From Octopus vulgaris (taxonomy: Eukaryota), in NCBI GenBank assembly GCA_951406725.2, contig OX597840.1, forward strand, positions 5,332,001 to 5,396,000: DNA of 64,000 nt, read 5' to 3'. A model generated the notes under the pieces. It had not been told where the DNA came from. It saw nothing but the letters and a program-made list of their open reading frames with translations, and searched no databases. Of the stretch, positions 12,057 to 26,551 are shown piece after piece (the stretch's first letter is position 1; every line of letters begins with the position of its first letter). The translations under genes and the position numbers were made by a program.

Positions 12057-12399
12057 ACAATGATGGTGGCATTTAGTATTTAACAGCAGAGATTCTCTGA
12101 ACCTACTAGACAGTAGATAAACATACAGCAAATCCTTTCTCTTCTAATGGTTCTGCCAAACGATAAGACTCTTTAATTACCATGATATTTAGGAAGATGC
12201 TTTGGAACACAACACTCGCTTTTCTCTCTCCCCTATCTCTCCTCTTTCTCCTTTCTCTCTCCCCTATCTCTCCTCTTTCTCCTTTCTCTTCTCCCTCTCG
12301 TCTCTCTTTCTCTCTCTCTATCTCTGCTATTGTTTGTCATTGTCATCATTTTCTTTATGTTTGCCTCCTCCATTTCTTAGTCAGTCCCCTTATTTCCTC

Positions 12400-13400
12400 C
12401 TTTATCTAAATTCTGTCCCTTTCTGACTTTTTACAATGTCTTCAACTCTCAGGCTCTCCCCTATTTTCAGTCGTTTGTGACCCTTTCTGTCAATCTCTCC
12501 CTTTTGTCTTCTCTTTATATCTAACCCTTAACCCTTTCTCAATTCTGAAGTCTTTGTCCTTTTATCTTCTGTGTCTACTTTCTGTCGTCCCCTTCTGTTC
12601 AGTCTACAACTGGTTTTAGTCTCTCACCCTGTCCCCATGGTCTTCTGTTTACATCTAACTCTTAACCCCTTTTGTCTCCTTATACCTTCATCTAATGATT
12701 TATCCCTTTGTCTTCTCCAGCTAACTTTTGTCCCTTTCTGTAAATCTGTCCCCTTATCTTTGGTCTAAATCTATTTTCTGTCCATTTCTGACTTCTGCTT
12801 GTCGACTTGTCCCTTTATTTTTAGTGTATATCTCATTCTTGACCCTTTCTGACTTCTTGTGTCTTCATGTATCAATATGTACCCTATTTCTTGTCTATAT
12901 CATGTTTCTGTCTCCTTTTATCATTCTGCTCCCTTGTCTTCTGTCTACATCTTGGTTTTTCTATCCCTTTTTGGCTTGTTTGCATCTGTTAATCTGTCCC
13001 CTTGTCTTCTGCTTCCATGTAGGTTCTGTCCCTTTCAGTGAATCTGCCCCCTTGTCTTCTGTCTCCACCTCAATTTTTCATACCTCTTTTGGGCTCCTAT
13101 ATCTTTATTTATGAATCTGTTCCCATGTCTTCTGCCTCCATGTAGGTTCTGTCCCTTTCAGTGAATCTACCCCCTTGTCTTCTGTCTACATCTCAATTCT
13201 TCTATCCCTTTTTTGGGGGGTGACTATACCTTCATCTGTCAATCAGTCTCCGAAGGTTCTTCCCCTTTCTCTGAATCTGCTTCCTTGTCTTCTGTCAACA
13301 TTTCAGTTTTTCTATCCCTACATCTGTCAATCTGTCCTCTTGTCTTCTATCTACATTTGAACTCTCTCTCCCCCTTTTCTTTTGTTTTATTTGCTGGCCC
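12400..13400. repeat. Degenerate pyrimidine-rich minisatellite
   Basis: Recurring aatctgtccccttgtcttctgtctacatct motif. Confidence 0.7.
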
Positions 13401-13786
13401 CTGACTCCCTTAATAGCCTACTTAAATATATATCAACGACTGAAGAAAAGACATGAGCTGGAAGAAGATTTCAGTGGGAAGGCAATGCTGTGGAGGAAAA
13501 TGACTGGTCGCAGTGGTTAATATAGGACCTGAGGAGGTGGGACACAGCATGGCAGGGGTGGGGATGAAAGAAATAGAAACAAATGAGCTTGGAGTGTTTA
13601 AATGATGGGGGCACAAACCTGCCTGTTCTGAGGAACAGAGACCATTATAGTAAAGAAAGGAGACCAAATACTGACTTTGCCTTTCATCCTTTTGGGGTTG
13701 ATAGATTAGGTACCTGTTATGCAGTGGGAAGGCAATGCAATTGACTAGCACTCTCCCCCAAAATTTCAGACCTTGTGCTTACAGTA

Positions 13787-13853
<67 letters not shown>

Positions 13854-14554
13854 GGCAGTGAGCTGGCAGAATTGTTAGCATGCTGGGTGAAATGCTTAAC
13901 AGTATTTCATCTGCTGCTACTTTCAAGTTCAAATACTGCCGAGGTCGCCTTTGCCTTTCATCCTTTCGAGGTTGATAAATCATGTACAAGTTGAGTACTG
14001 GGGTTGATGTAATCATCTAGTCCCCTCCTCCAAAGTCTCAGGCCTTGTACCAATAGTAGAAAGGATTATTATTATAATTATTATTGAAGACTGATAATGA
14101 CATTCTGTGAAAGTGGGTACACAGGTTGCCCTCATTCAAACTTTTGAATTTGAATTTCTATAATTTTGAATTTCTCTGTATTACTTTTCCTTTTAAACTC
14201 AATAAAAATAGGCAAGTTGTCAAAATATTGATCAGACCAATAAAATATCTATTGCAATTGCATTTTGCTCTTTGTATTGTCTATTTACCTTTGTGAGGAG
14301 TTACAGAAATCCTTTTACAATATTATTCAGTCGTCTTATTTTTATCATGTTCTTTCACTGCACTACCAAGCACAGCTCTGTGTGCCTTGGGTATGTGCTG
14401 TGGTTTGTTTGGTGCTCTTATTTTCACTGTTTTGAAAGTGCTTTACATAGGATGTGTATGGTGCCTTGTTGTTCTGTTTTGTGTATGTTATATTTGTAAG
14501 TCCTGGTGTTTAGGTTATGCATTTGTTTGAATGTTTTTTAACAATACCTAGTGA

Positions 14555-14868
14555 CCCCCTTCGGTCAGACACTGACCATGGGTTTGCACCTAGAGAGTTA
14601 CTCTCTGAGGCACAAGTCTGGGCAAGGTTGTTTCATGGAAGACCAGCAGTCGCCCATGCATACCGGCCTCCCCTCTCCACGTCACCAATGTTGTCCAAGG
14701 GAAAGGCAAGGGCCGATACAGCTTGGCACCTGTGACGTCGCAACTCATTTCTACAGCTGAGTGAACTGGGGCAACGTGAAATAAAGTGTCTTGCTCAAGA
14801 ACACAACACGCAGCCCGGTCCGGGATTCAAGCTCACAACCTCACGATCGTAAGCTCGACGCTCTAACC
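14555..14868 (-). mobile_element. tRNA-head SINE family D; other copies 19972-20285(-) and 135-460(+)
   Basis: ggttagagcgtcgagcttacgatcgtgagg head followed by ttgtgttcttgagcaagacactttatttcacgttgc. Confidence 0.8.
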
Positions 14869-14869
14869 A

Positions 14870-15090
14870 TGCACCTATTATTATAGGGATTGTTTCTGTT
14901 TTTAGGTTCCACATTTGGGTTATCTCTATTTCCAGATCTTTGTATTTTGAGAGTTTCTCTGTTTCATTTAGAGATATATTATCATTTGTTGGGATTGATA
15001 CATCAATTAGAAGGCATTTTTTTCTTGGTGATCCGTCAACTATATCCAGTCTATTAGCCTTGATTTCTCTATTTGTATAATGGCATATCC
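14870..15090 (-). mobile_element. R4/Dong-type non-LTR retrotransposon fragment (restriction-like endonuclease)
   Basis: IKANRLDIV..CLLIDVSIP..ETEKLSKYKDLEIEI..MW..IPIIIGA. Confidence 0.8.
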
Positions 15091-16218
15091 AAGAATATGG
15101 CTGCTTTGTCTTTCTCTGAGACCTTTTCTGGGATATGCCTAAACCATCTTTTTTCTGTTGCCATTCCATAATCATGACTATTATATTATGAAAACTCTCA
15201 GCTTATTTTGCTGGGTATTATGGAAAGTGTCAGCTGTCCCCAGCCTGCAGACTAAGGTGACACTTGTTCACCTATCATAAATATGTCCCCACCACCAGCA
15301 CCCTTTAACACCCCCTTCAGTTCTCTCTCTCTCTCTTTCTCACTTTTTCGTTCTCTCTCTCTCTCTCTCCATGAATCTATCTATTTTTCCATTTCACTCT
15401 GTCTACACACACATACCACTACTACACACACATACCACTACAACACTACCGTCTCTACTACATCACATCACCCATGCAAACACCACCACCACAACCACCA
15501 CCCACCACCACCGCCACTCACTTCCAGATATATACAACACCACACCTCTACCACTTCGATGGTGACCACAACCTGCACCATCATATACAGCACTACTACC
15601 ACCACTTCCATGATGACCATCACAACTACTACAACCACCAATGCCAAAACTGTCACCACCACCACCGATACCATGATGACCAACACCACTACTGACCCCA
15701 TCACCACCACCATCAACACCACTACCACTACTACAACAATAACTGCCGCCACCACCACCACCACCACCTCCACCACCAATACCATGAAGACCAACATCAC
15801 CTGCACCATCACAATCACCACCACCACCACTACCACCACCGCCGCCATCACTACCACCACTACCACCACCACCACCACCACTACCACCACCACCACCACT
15901 ACTGCTACCACTATCTATCTCTACCAGCATCACTATAACTACTACTACTACCACCTTCACCACCACCACCACCACCACTGCCACCACCACCACTACTACC
16001 ACCACCATCACCATTGCTACCTCCACTACCACCAACCAGTACCATGCTGACCACCATCACCATTACCATTACCATTACCATGACAACCCCCATCATTGCT
16101 ACTGTCATTAACCTTTTTCTCCTCCTCCCCTCCTCCCCTCCTCTCCTCCTCCCCTCCTCCCTCGTCATCCCACCACCATCACAACTCATCATGTCTGTCC
16201 AAATCTCTTTAATTTCAG

Positions 16219-16298
16219 ACTTAAGAACGGTCAAGTCACCTTCCGTATTAGTCCGGATGTTGATGGTATCACTGCTTCCACCGTCGCCAAGGAAGTCG
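16219..16298 (+). CDS. Internal exon, probably from the SEA-like ectodomain of an IA-2/PTPRN-family receptor tyrosine phosphatase-like protein
   Basis: Acceptor ctctttaatttcag| and donor |gtaagt; 80 bp, phase 2 to 1, open frame LKNGQVTFRISPDVDGITASTVAKEV. Resembles IA-2/phogrin segments recalled as VVGPALTFRIRHNEQNLSLADV and [22 protein letters not shown]. Unique sequence between simple repeats. Family call is from memory, not a search. Confidence 0.65.
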
Positions 16299-16634
16299 GT
16301 AAGTCCAAGAGTTCTATGTCTGTCTGTTTGTCTTTTTATTATTGTGGTTGGCCAGGTTGGTGGGTTTGTGGGTTGGTGGGTTGGGGGGTTTGTTGGATTA
16401 TTTTTTTTGTTTTTTGTCTTTTTTTTAGCATTTGTTTCCTTTCTTTTATGTTTATTGCTGTTGTTGTTGTTGTTTTGTTTTAGAGAAAGAGAGAGAGAGA
16501 GAAAGAGAGAGAGAGGAGAGAGAGTGAGTGAGTGAGAGAGGGGGGAAGGAAACATAAAGATAAAAATAAGAGAGAAAATAAATAAAGAAAAAAACACTAT
16601 AAAAATAAAGAAAGAAAAAATAAGGAAAGAAGGA

Positions 16635-16666
<32 letters not shown>

Positions 16667-16949
16667 AGGTAGGGAGGATAGAAAGACTGAGATTAAGATG
16701 GAGAGAAAGAGAGAGAGGGAGAGAGAGAGAACAGGAAGGTAAAGAGGGAGACTGAAAATGACAGATACAGTGACGAGAGAGAGAGAGAGAGAGAGAGTGA
16801 AGAAGAAAGAGAGAGGGAAAGTGAAAAAGAGAAGGAGGATAGAAGAAGGGAGGGAGAGGCAGACAAATATAGGGATGATGAAAGATGGGGAGATATAAAG
16901 AGAGAGAGAGGGGGGACGGGGCAGAGACAGAAAAAGGCAGACAGAAGGG

Positions 16950-17780
16950 AGAGAGAGAGAGAAGAGTAGAGAGAGAAGGGTAGAGAGGGAGAGAGGGAGA
17001 GAGAGAGAAGGGTAGAGAGGGAGAGAGAGAAGGTTAGAGAGGGAGAGAGGGAGAGAGAGAAGGGTAGAGAGGGAGAGAGAGAAGGATAGAGAGGGAGAGA
17101 GGGAGAGAGGGAGAGAGAAGGGTAGAGAGGGAGATGGAGAAGAGTAGAAAGGGAGAGAGGGAGAGAGAGAGATGGAGAAGAGTAGAAAGGGAGAGAGGTT
17201 GAGAGAGAAGGGTAGAGAGGGAGAGAGAGAAGGGTAGAGAGGGAGAGAGGGAGAGAGAGAAGGGTAGAGAGGGAGAGAGAGAAGGATAGAGAGGGAGAGA
17301 GGGAGAGAGAAGGGTAGAGAGGGAGAGAGAAGGGTAGAGAGGGAGAGAGGGAGAGGGAGAAGAGTAGAAAGGGAGAGAGGTAGAGAGAGAAGGGTAGAGA
17401 GGGAGAGAGGTTGAGAGAGAAGGGTAGAGAGGGAGATAGGTAGAGAGAGAAGGGTAGAGAGGGAGAGAGGTAGAGAGAGAAGGGTAGAGAGAGAGAGAGG
17501 TAGAGAGAGAAGGGTAGAGAGGGAGAGAGGTAGAAAGAGAGCGGTAGAGAGGGAGAGAGATAGAGAGAGAAGGGTAGAGAGGGAGAGAGGTAGAGAGAGA
17601 AGGGTAGAGAGGGAGAGAGGTAGAGAGAGAAGGGTAGAGAGAGAGAGAGGTAGAGAGAGAAGGGTAGAGAGGGAGAGAGGTAGAGAGAGAAGGGTAGAGA
17701 GGTAGAGAGAGAAGGGTAGAGAGGTAGAGAGAGAAGGGTAGAGAGGGAGAGGGGTAGAGAGAGAAGGGTAGAGAGAGAAG
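16950..17780. repeat. Polypurine minisatellite, ~30-bp unit
   Basis: (gagggagagaggtagagagagaagggtaga)n. Confidence 0.9.
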
Positions 17781-17802
17781 GAGAGAAAAATACAGAGAAT
17801 AA

Positions 17803-17851
<49 letters not shown>

Positions 17852-18069
17852 TGGATGTAGTGCTTATGTTTGATGATTAGTTCAATGGAGCCATAGTGAT
17901 TGATTGGTGATTGAGGATTGATCCCTGACCAAGTCAATGGGTGTTTATATTTGTGTAGGGTGGGTGGGGTGGGCATGGTTCTTTGGTTTATTGATTATTG
18001 ATATTTTACTGATCTGTGAATTTCTGTGTGCTGTGTTGTTTGATCTTTTCATATCTGTATGTAGTGAGT

Positions 18070-18143
<74 letters not shown>

Positions 18144-18280
18144 CATATATATATATATTTACATATATATATTTACATATATATATATATATGCATATGT
18201 ATATGTGTATATATATATATATATATACATACACACACACATATATAAATATACATATATACATACATTATATATGTATG

Positions 18281-18333
<53 letters not shown>

Positions 18334-18382
18334 GTATATATATGCATGCAAGTTGATATGTATATATATATATGTATGTATG

Positions 18383-18422
<40 letters not shown>

Positions 18423-18610
18423 TTGTGTCTATATATATGTAAAAAAAATTAATATGATCAGCAGATTGCAATGTTTCACCAAAAAGGAAAATTATAATTG
18501 TTACTAAATGTGACTATGGTATTAGGAAGCACCTACATTGCTAGAAATAAGAGCTAAAGCATTCTAATGCTGTAGTTAACGCACGTGAATGAAAATATAT
18601 ACCCTATATA

Positions 18611-19096
18611 TCTTTATATATAAAAGAGAAGTTGTGTGTCTGTCTCCTACGATTTAGATTCCTAACTACTCCCACATTTTGCGGTGCAGTTTAACCACTT
18701 ATAGTCGTGATTCATATCGAGCCCTTCTGGGTATTAGCGCGCGTCTACGATGAGTCTATGATTTAAAAAAAATTTACCATCATTTTTTCCATTTTAATGC
18801 ATTGTTTCGCTATTATATAAGGGAAGTAACTCTCTAAAAATGTCTACGATGAGTCAACAATTTTAAAAAAAATTTACCATCATTTTTTCCATTTTAATGC
18901 CTTTTTTCGCTATTATATAAGGGAAGTAACTCTCTAAAAATGTCTACGATGAGTCAACGATTTAAAAAAAAATTTACCATCATTTCTTTTCCATTTTTAA
19001 TGCATGTTTTTTGCTATTTTTTGGCTATAACTCACTAAAAATGTTTATATAGTTATTTCCCTTACAAACCCGAGCAATGCCGGGCGATACTGCTAG
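18611..19096 (+). mobile_element. Non-autonomous Helitron, apparently complete
   Basis: A|TCtttatatataaaag 5' end; subterminal hairpin cccgagcaatgccggg then CTAG|T; about three internal ~98-bp tandem units. Confidence 0.8.
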
Positions 19097-19214
19097 TATA
19101 TATATATATATTAATAGTAATGGCAAGACAACAAAAGAATGAATGAGACCTCGATATTATGTTAAGTAGAGGAATTTATCTGTAATATAATGTGACAATT
19201 ATTCGGTAGCCATG

Positions 19215-19273
19215 ATAAAACTCCGAGTTTCGGATGCTGCGGTGGAAATCTGCTCTGGCATCTCGTCAGTTAT
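19215..19273 (-). ncRNA. Hammerhead ribozyme (type I, canonical core)
   Basis: Minus strand ATAA-CTGACGA-GATGC...GCATCc-GAAACT cgg AGTT-TTAT. Confidence 0.75.
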
Positions 19274-19412
19274 TAAGACAAACAAAAGAGCTATTAGAAT
19301 GACCATTAAATAAAGGCAAAAAACCCGAAGGGTAGAAAGTAAAAAATGCTCCGACATCGGTTGTAAAATGATGGTGGGGGACAAACACAGACACACAAAT
19401 ACATACATACAT

Positions 19413-19462
<50 letters not shown>

Positions 19463-19612
19463 GTCTATGTATATATAGTAAATCAGAACCAAAATCGAAG
19501 TCGCATACCAGTGCCAGTGGCACGTATCTGAACATGGCCGTTGCCATATGGCACGTATCCAACCGTGGCCGTTTGCCATACCTGTGCCATATATATATGG
19601 AGTGGTTGGCGT

Positions 19613-19643
<31 letters not shown>

Positions 19644-20354
19644 ATGACCGATGTATCACCGTGACCGAGACCAGACCATCAGACGTTGTTACACATCGCT
19701 GGTCACAATGCGTTCGCATTGTTTTAGCCTTCGAATGACACCACCCCGTTGGCTAAGCGAGCAGGCCAACAAAAGAAAGAGAAAGTGTGAAAGAGTACAG
19801 CAGGGATGACCACCCCCTGCCGGAGCTTCGTGGAGCTTTTAGGTGTTTTCGCTCAATAAACACTCACAACACCCAGTCTGGGAATCAAAACCACGATCCT
19901 ACGACCGTGAGTCCGCTGCCCTAACCACTGGGCCATTTCACCTCCACATATATATATATATATATACATTGGAGACCCCCTTCGTTCATGAATGACCATG
20001 GGACTGCACTCAGAAAGTTCCCCTCTGCGGCACAAGTCCAGGCAAGGTTGTTTGTGGAAGGCCAGCAGTTGCCCATGCATACCAGCCTCCTCTCTCCACA
20101 CCACTGATGTTATCCAAGGGAAAGTAAAGGCCGATGCAGCTTGGCACCTGTGACGTCACAACTCATTTCTACAGCTGAGTGAACTGGAGCAACGTGAAAT
20201 AAAGTGTCTTGCTCAAGAACACAACATGCAGCCCGGTCCAGGCATTGAACTCACAACTCCACGATCATAAGCTCGACACTCTAACTACTGTATATATTTA
20301 TGTATGTATACATAAAGGGAGGTAACCATTTCTTCACAACTATTTCTGAATCCT

Positions 20355-20386
<32 letters not shown>

Positions 20387-20996
20387 TCCTCAGCATCTAC
20401 TAGAATAACAATAATGGTAACAATAGCTTCAACAGCAATATCAACAACAATATGAACAAACAACCCTGAAACTGTACTTAATATGGAAAAGGAGTCTTGC
20501 ACTATTGGAATGAATAAATATATAAATAGAGCAATGATATACAAATGAATATTAAGTTTATAGACATATATATATATAACTGTACACAATAGAAAACAAA
20601 ATGTACAAAACAAAATTGCAGTATCTAAAAGTGATTAATGAAAGCAATTTATTCATTAATTATAGTCAAAGATGAATCAATTAAACAGAATGATTTGTAA
20701 CATGGGAGGGTATGAGACAGCAAATATTGTGGTAACAGAAGGGGCAGCAATGGGTATGGAAGTGGGAGAGATATAGGCAATGATATTGATCTTATGTTAT
20801 TTCATTGGAATGATAAGAGTTTTTTTTAGATTTTTTTAGATTTATTATCAGTCCCAGAAGGATGAAAAGGCAAGGTCGAGGCCTAGTTGAATTTGAACTT
20901 AGAATATAAAGAGCTGTAAATTTGCTCCACCTCTCTAATGACACTCACTTCAACGAATCTCCACTTCACTTTTTAATTTATTTCATTTCTTCCATG

Positions 20997-21069
<73 letters not shown>

Positions 21070-21088
21070 ACTACTACTACTACTACTA

Positions 21089-21152
<64 letters not shown>

Positions 21153-21424
21153 CCCCACACCACCACAACCATACCATCAACACCACCACCACCACTAATA
21201 ATAATAATATAAACTTCTACTATAGACACAAGACCAGAATTTGTGGGGATGAGGCTAGTTGATTGTAATGAGCCTAGTGCTCATCTGGTACTTATTTTGT
21301 TGACCCCTAAGGACAAAGGGCAAAGTCAACCTTGGCAAAATTTACACTCAGAACATAAAAGCTAGAAAAGAAAGAATTTTGTCTGGCATACTAAGAATTC
21401 TTCCTGCTTACTGCCTCAATATCT

Positions 21425-21820
21425 TGAAGAAGAAGAAGAAAAAGAAGAAGAAGAAGAAGAAGAAGAAGAAGAAGAAGAAGAAGAAGAAGAAGAAGAAGAA
21501 ATAGAAGAAGAATATGAAGATGAGGAAGAAGAAGAAATAGAAGAAGAAGAAGAAGAAGAAGAAGAAGAAGAAGAAGAAGCAGAAGAAGAAGAAGAAGAAG
21601 CAGAAGAAGAAGATGAAGAAGAAGAAGAAGATGATGAAGAGGAGGAAGAAGAAGAAGAAGATGAAGAAGAAGATGATTAAGAAGAAGATGAAGAAGAAGA
21701 TGATGAAGAAGAAGATGATGAAGAAGAAGAAGATGAAGAAGAAGATGAAGAAGAAGAAGCAGCAGCAGAAGAAGATGAAGAGGTGAAGGAAGAAGTAGAT
21801 GAAGAAGAAGAAGAAGAAGG
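21425..21820. repeat. (GAA)n/(GAT)n microsatellite
   Basis: Direct inspection; comparable large arrays are (TAT)n 11600-12010, 34435-34770, 38345-38700, 41510-42050 and (CAC/CAT)n 15480-16080, 53280-53625, 63050-63700. Confidence 0.95.
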
Positions 21821-21985
21821 TGTTAAGGACCAGCTACATGAAGTGCAGAATAGACAACACTACTGTCAGCGGCAAATGTAGAATGTCTGGTGAGAGGAGT
21901 GAATCAGTATGGCACATCGTTAGCGAGTGCCTGAAATTGGCACAATGTGAATACATAAGACATAGAAGCATTTCAAGATATTTGT
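21820..21985 (+). mobile_element. R4/Dong-type LINE fragment (CCHC knuckle)
   Basis: LRTSYMKCRID..KCRMSGERSESVWHIVSECLKLAQCEYIRH. Confidence 0.75.
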
Positions 21986-22237
21986 GCTCTCTTCAGGATC
22001 AGATACCAAGGGAGGCAAGTCTCTCAAACAAATTTGAAGTGATCTAAAAGTGGATTATTTTACATAACTGTTCACACATCCCATACAATTTGTTCTGGTC
22101 TGACTGCCAAAACATGCAATTATTTCATATTTTTTTCAGTTTTTCTTATAATAAAGCTAAGTCTTCCTGTGAATTTAGAGTCTGTTTGTATATGTGTGCG
22201 TGTGTGTGTGCGTGTATGTGTGTGTATATACATATGT

Positions 22238-22302
<65 letters not shown>

Positions 22303-22378
22303 ATTTTATAGAAGGAGCTTCTACAGGACTAGAGTACCTTATTTACTGTGGTTAACCCCGACTCAACCCGGGACCTAC

Positions 22379-22421
<43 letters not shown>

Positions 22422-22434
22422 TATATAGATATAC

Positions 22435-22481
<47 letters not shown>

Positions 22482-22636
22482 TATATGTGTGTATGCTTAT
22501 GTATGTATATATACATGCATATATATATATATATATACCTGTAGCTATCTATACATATAAATAGCTCTATATATCTATATGTATATTTCTCTCTATTATA
22601 CATACACACACATATATGTTTGTTTCTAAAGATATG

Positions 22637-22708
<72 letters not shown>

Positions 22709-24041
22709 ACCACATATATACATATTTATGTATATGTGTATATATGCTGCCCAGCTTACCAGTTTTCAGTCAAACCATACAACCCATGCCAGCATAGAAA
22801 ACAGATGTTAAATAATGATGAGGATGATGATGAAGATATACATACCTACATATATACACTTTCTCTTTACACTTTTACTTGTTTCAGTCATTTGACTGCG
22901 GCTATGCTGGAGCACCGCCTTTAGTCGACCAAATCAACCACAGGGCTTATTCATTGTAAGCCTAGTATTTATTCTATCAGTCCCTTTTGCAGAACTAAGT
23001 TAAGGGGACATAAACCCACCACCATCGGTTGTCAAGCGATGTTGGAGGGATAAATACAGACACACAAGCATATACACACACATAAATATATATATATACA
23101 CATATATACGACGGGCTTCTTTCAGTTTCCATCTACCAAATCCACTCCCAAGGCTTTGGTCGGCCCAAGGCTATAGTAGAAGACACTTGCCCAAGGTGAC
23201 ATGCAGTGGGACTGAACCTGGAACCATGTGGTTGGTAAGCAAGCTACTTACCACACAGCCACTCCTTGGTGTATACACTCCTAGGTGTGTACATATAGAT
23301 ATGTATACACCTACACACATACACAGATGATGGTGGGCAGGCCTGATTCCATTGCTTTTGATTTGCAAATAGGTGTGCTCAATCACCACTGACATTAGGT
23401 TGAACACACACAACCACCATCACCACCACCACCAAAAAACAACAACAGCAACAACACTAATTTCGTTGCCATGGTTTTAAAACACTGGGAGATGATGTCA
23501 GGAGGCCAAAGCAAGAGTTTGGATAATAATTCCATCATCTGTCTACATTATTCAGAATATAAGAATATAAGAATATTAAGAACATAAGAATAACAGTATA
23601 ATGGTTTTTAAGGTGAAAAATTTAGATGAATCAGCGAGTCTATTGTGATGTTAACATATGTATGTGTGTGTTGTGTGTGTGTGTATGTGTAGGTGTGTTT
23701 CTATGTGTGTATGTATGAATGTTAGTATGTGTATGTGTGCATATGTGTGTGTATGTATGCATGTATGTGTGTGTGTATATATATATATTTATGTATACAT
23801 ATACCTACCATATATATGTATATTCATACATATATATGTACACTTAAATATATATATGTATGTATATATATATATATATATGTTTGTTTGTATGTATATA
23901 TATATAGTCATTTATATAATTTGTGATTTAAATATAGAAGTAGTGAGGAACACATGAATACACACATCTGTAAATGCCTATCTATGCCTCTGCTGCTCTC
24001 TCTATGTATATATGCATACATGTATACACACCTGTATGTAC

Positions 24042-24075
<34 letters not shown>

Positions 24076-24080
24076 GTGTG

Positions 24081-24137
<57 letters not shown>

Positions 24138-24138
24138 T

Positions 24139-24180
<42 letters not shown>

Positions 24181-25954
24181 TACTTTATCTTTTATTGCTC
24201 ATTTGTTTTAGTCATTAGACTGCGACCATGCTGGAGCGGTGCTTAGTCTTTTAAAGCCTTCTACATATTCTATTGATTTCTTTTTGTTGAAATACTAAGT
24301 TACGGGGATGCAAGCAAACCAACACCGGGTACCAGTGGGGAAGTGATGGTAGGGAACAAACACTCACATAAAGACATGCACACACACACACACACATACA
24401 CACACACAAGTGGGATTGAACCTGGAACCATGGGCTTGGGAAGTGAGCTTCTTATCACACAGCCAGACTTACGCCTGTCAATATACATGCATACATATAT
24501 AGGCACAGGAGTAGCTGTGTGGTAAGTAGCTTGCTTACGAAGCACATGGTTCCGGGTTCAGTCCCACTGCATGGCACCTTGGGCAAGTGTCTTCTGCTAT
24601 AGCCTCGGGCCGATCAATGCCTTGTGAGTGGATTTGGTACACGGAAACTGAAAGAAGCCCGTCGTATATATGTATATATATGTGTATGTGTGTGTATATG
24701 TTTTTGTGTCTGTGTTTGTCCCCCTAGCATTGCTAGACAACCGATGCTGGTGTGTTTACGTCCCTGTCAATTAGTGGTTCGGCAAAAGGGTCCGATAGAA
24801 TAAGTACTGGGCTTACAAAAGAATAAGTCCCAGGGTTGATTTGCTCGACTAAAGGCGGTGCTCCAGCATGGCCACAGTCAAGTGACTGAAACAAGTAAAA
24901 AGAGTAAAAAAAAGAGAATATATATATATGTATACACACACACATATATATACACATATACCTATATGTATCTCTATTAATATGTGTAATTTTATATGTC
25001 CACATACATTTACACATACATGCATTCTACACACACCTACATACTTACCTATCTGTTGAGATCCATATACACACACACGCACTCACGCACACACACACAC
25101 ACACATACACACACACTCACTCACTTACACATGTACAGATATATCTCCTAATCTGCTTTCTGCCGAAATACAGTTGTTCGTAGTAAATGCCAAAAGATGC
25201 AGGGAAACGCAGTGAATGTCAACATACACGAGAAATGTCATCGGTAAAATACTTACCCATAAGAAGCTTTGGCATCTAATTCCTGTCTTTGATTTTTTGA
25301 TACACTGCCGAAGAACCATTTCGAAAACGAACTGAAAACTCTGTTGTCTTGCCAAATATAAAGCACAGAGGGGTGAATTCATGGTAAAAAGTTTGAAAGT
25401 TTGCTTCTAAACCATATATATTTCTTTACTGCCCACAAGGGGCTAAACATAGAGGGGACAAACAAGGACAAAGGAATCACAATGACCCCAGTTGCAAAAC
25501 TGGTACTTTATTTATCGACCCCGAAAGGATGAAAGGCAAAGTCGACCTTGGCGGAATTTGAACTCAGAACATAACGACAGATGAAATACCGCTAAACATT
25601 TCGCCCGGCGCGCTAACGTTTCTGCCAGCTCGCCACCTTGCTTCTGAACCATATAGTTTCAGCTACAGTGGCACTGCATGGCACCCTCAGCAAATATCTT
25701 TTATTGTAGCCCTCTGGCTGACCAATCCGTTATGAGTGGATTCTGTAGGTGGAAAAAGAAAGAAGCCTGTGGTCAATTGCCAACTCCTTTAGCTGACCTG
25801 TCCACATTGTTTGTTTCTACACTTACATTCTATCAAAAGTGTTGCTGTTCTGCACATACCCATATCTATCTGTCTGTCTCTTTCTCTATCTATCTTTCTA
25901 CCTATCTAACTATCTACTTGTTTTCTTCTGTCTGTCTATCTGTCTGTCTGACTG

Positions 25955-26016
<62 letters not shown>

Positions 26017-26276
26017 CATCTATCTCTCTATCTATATTTCTTATTCCTTTATTGCCCACAAGGGGCTAAACATAGAGGGGACAAACAAGGACAGACAAAG
26101 GGATTAAGTTGATTACATCGACTCCAGTGCATAACTGGTACTTAATTTATCAACCCGGAATGGATGAAAGGCAATGTCGACTTCGGCGGAATTTGAACTC
26201 TGAACGTAACAAGAGACAAATACCGATAAGCATTTTGCCCAGTGTGCTAACGTTTCTGCCAGCTCACCACCTTATA

Positions 26277-26367
<91 letters not shown>

Positions 26368-26513
26368 ATGCATATATGTGTATATACATGTATTCATGTA
26401 TATATATATATATATAATGGGAAGGTTTACGAAAATAAACAAAAGACGAATGCAGGTGGAGTACAAACAAACAAATGTATTAGTATAGCGCTCAGGAATA
26501 GAAATAGAAAATG

Positions 26514-26551
26514 TCTTTTACGTTTCGAGGCTACGCTCTTCGACAGAAAGA
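26514..26551 (-). ncRNA. Minimal hammerhead-like motif, CUGUCGA core variant
   Basis: Minus strand TCTTT-CTGTCGA-a-GAG cgtagc CTC-GAAAC-GTA-AAAGA. Confidence 0.65.
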
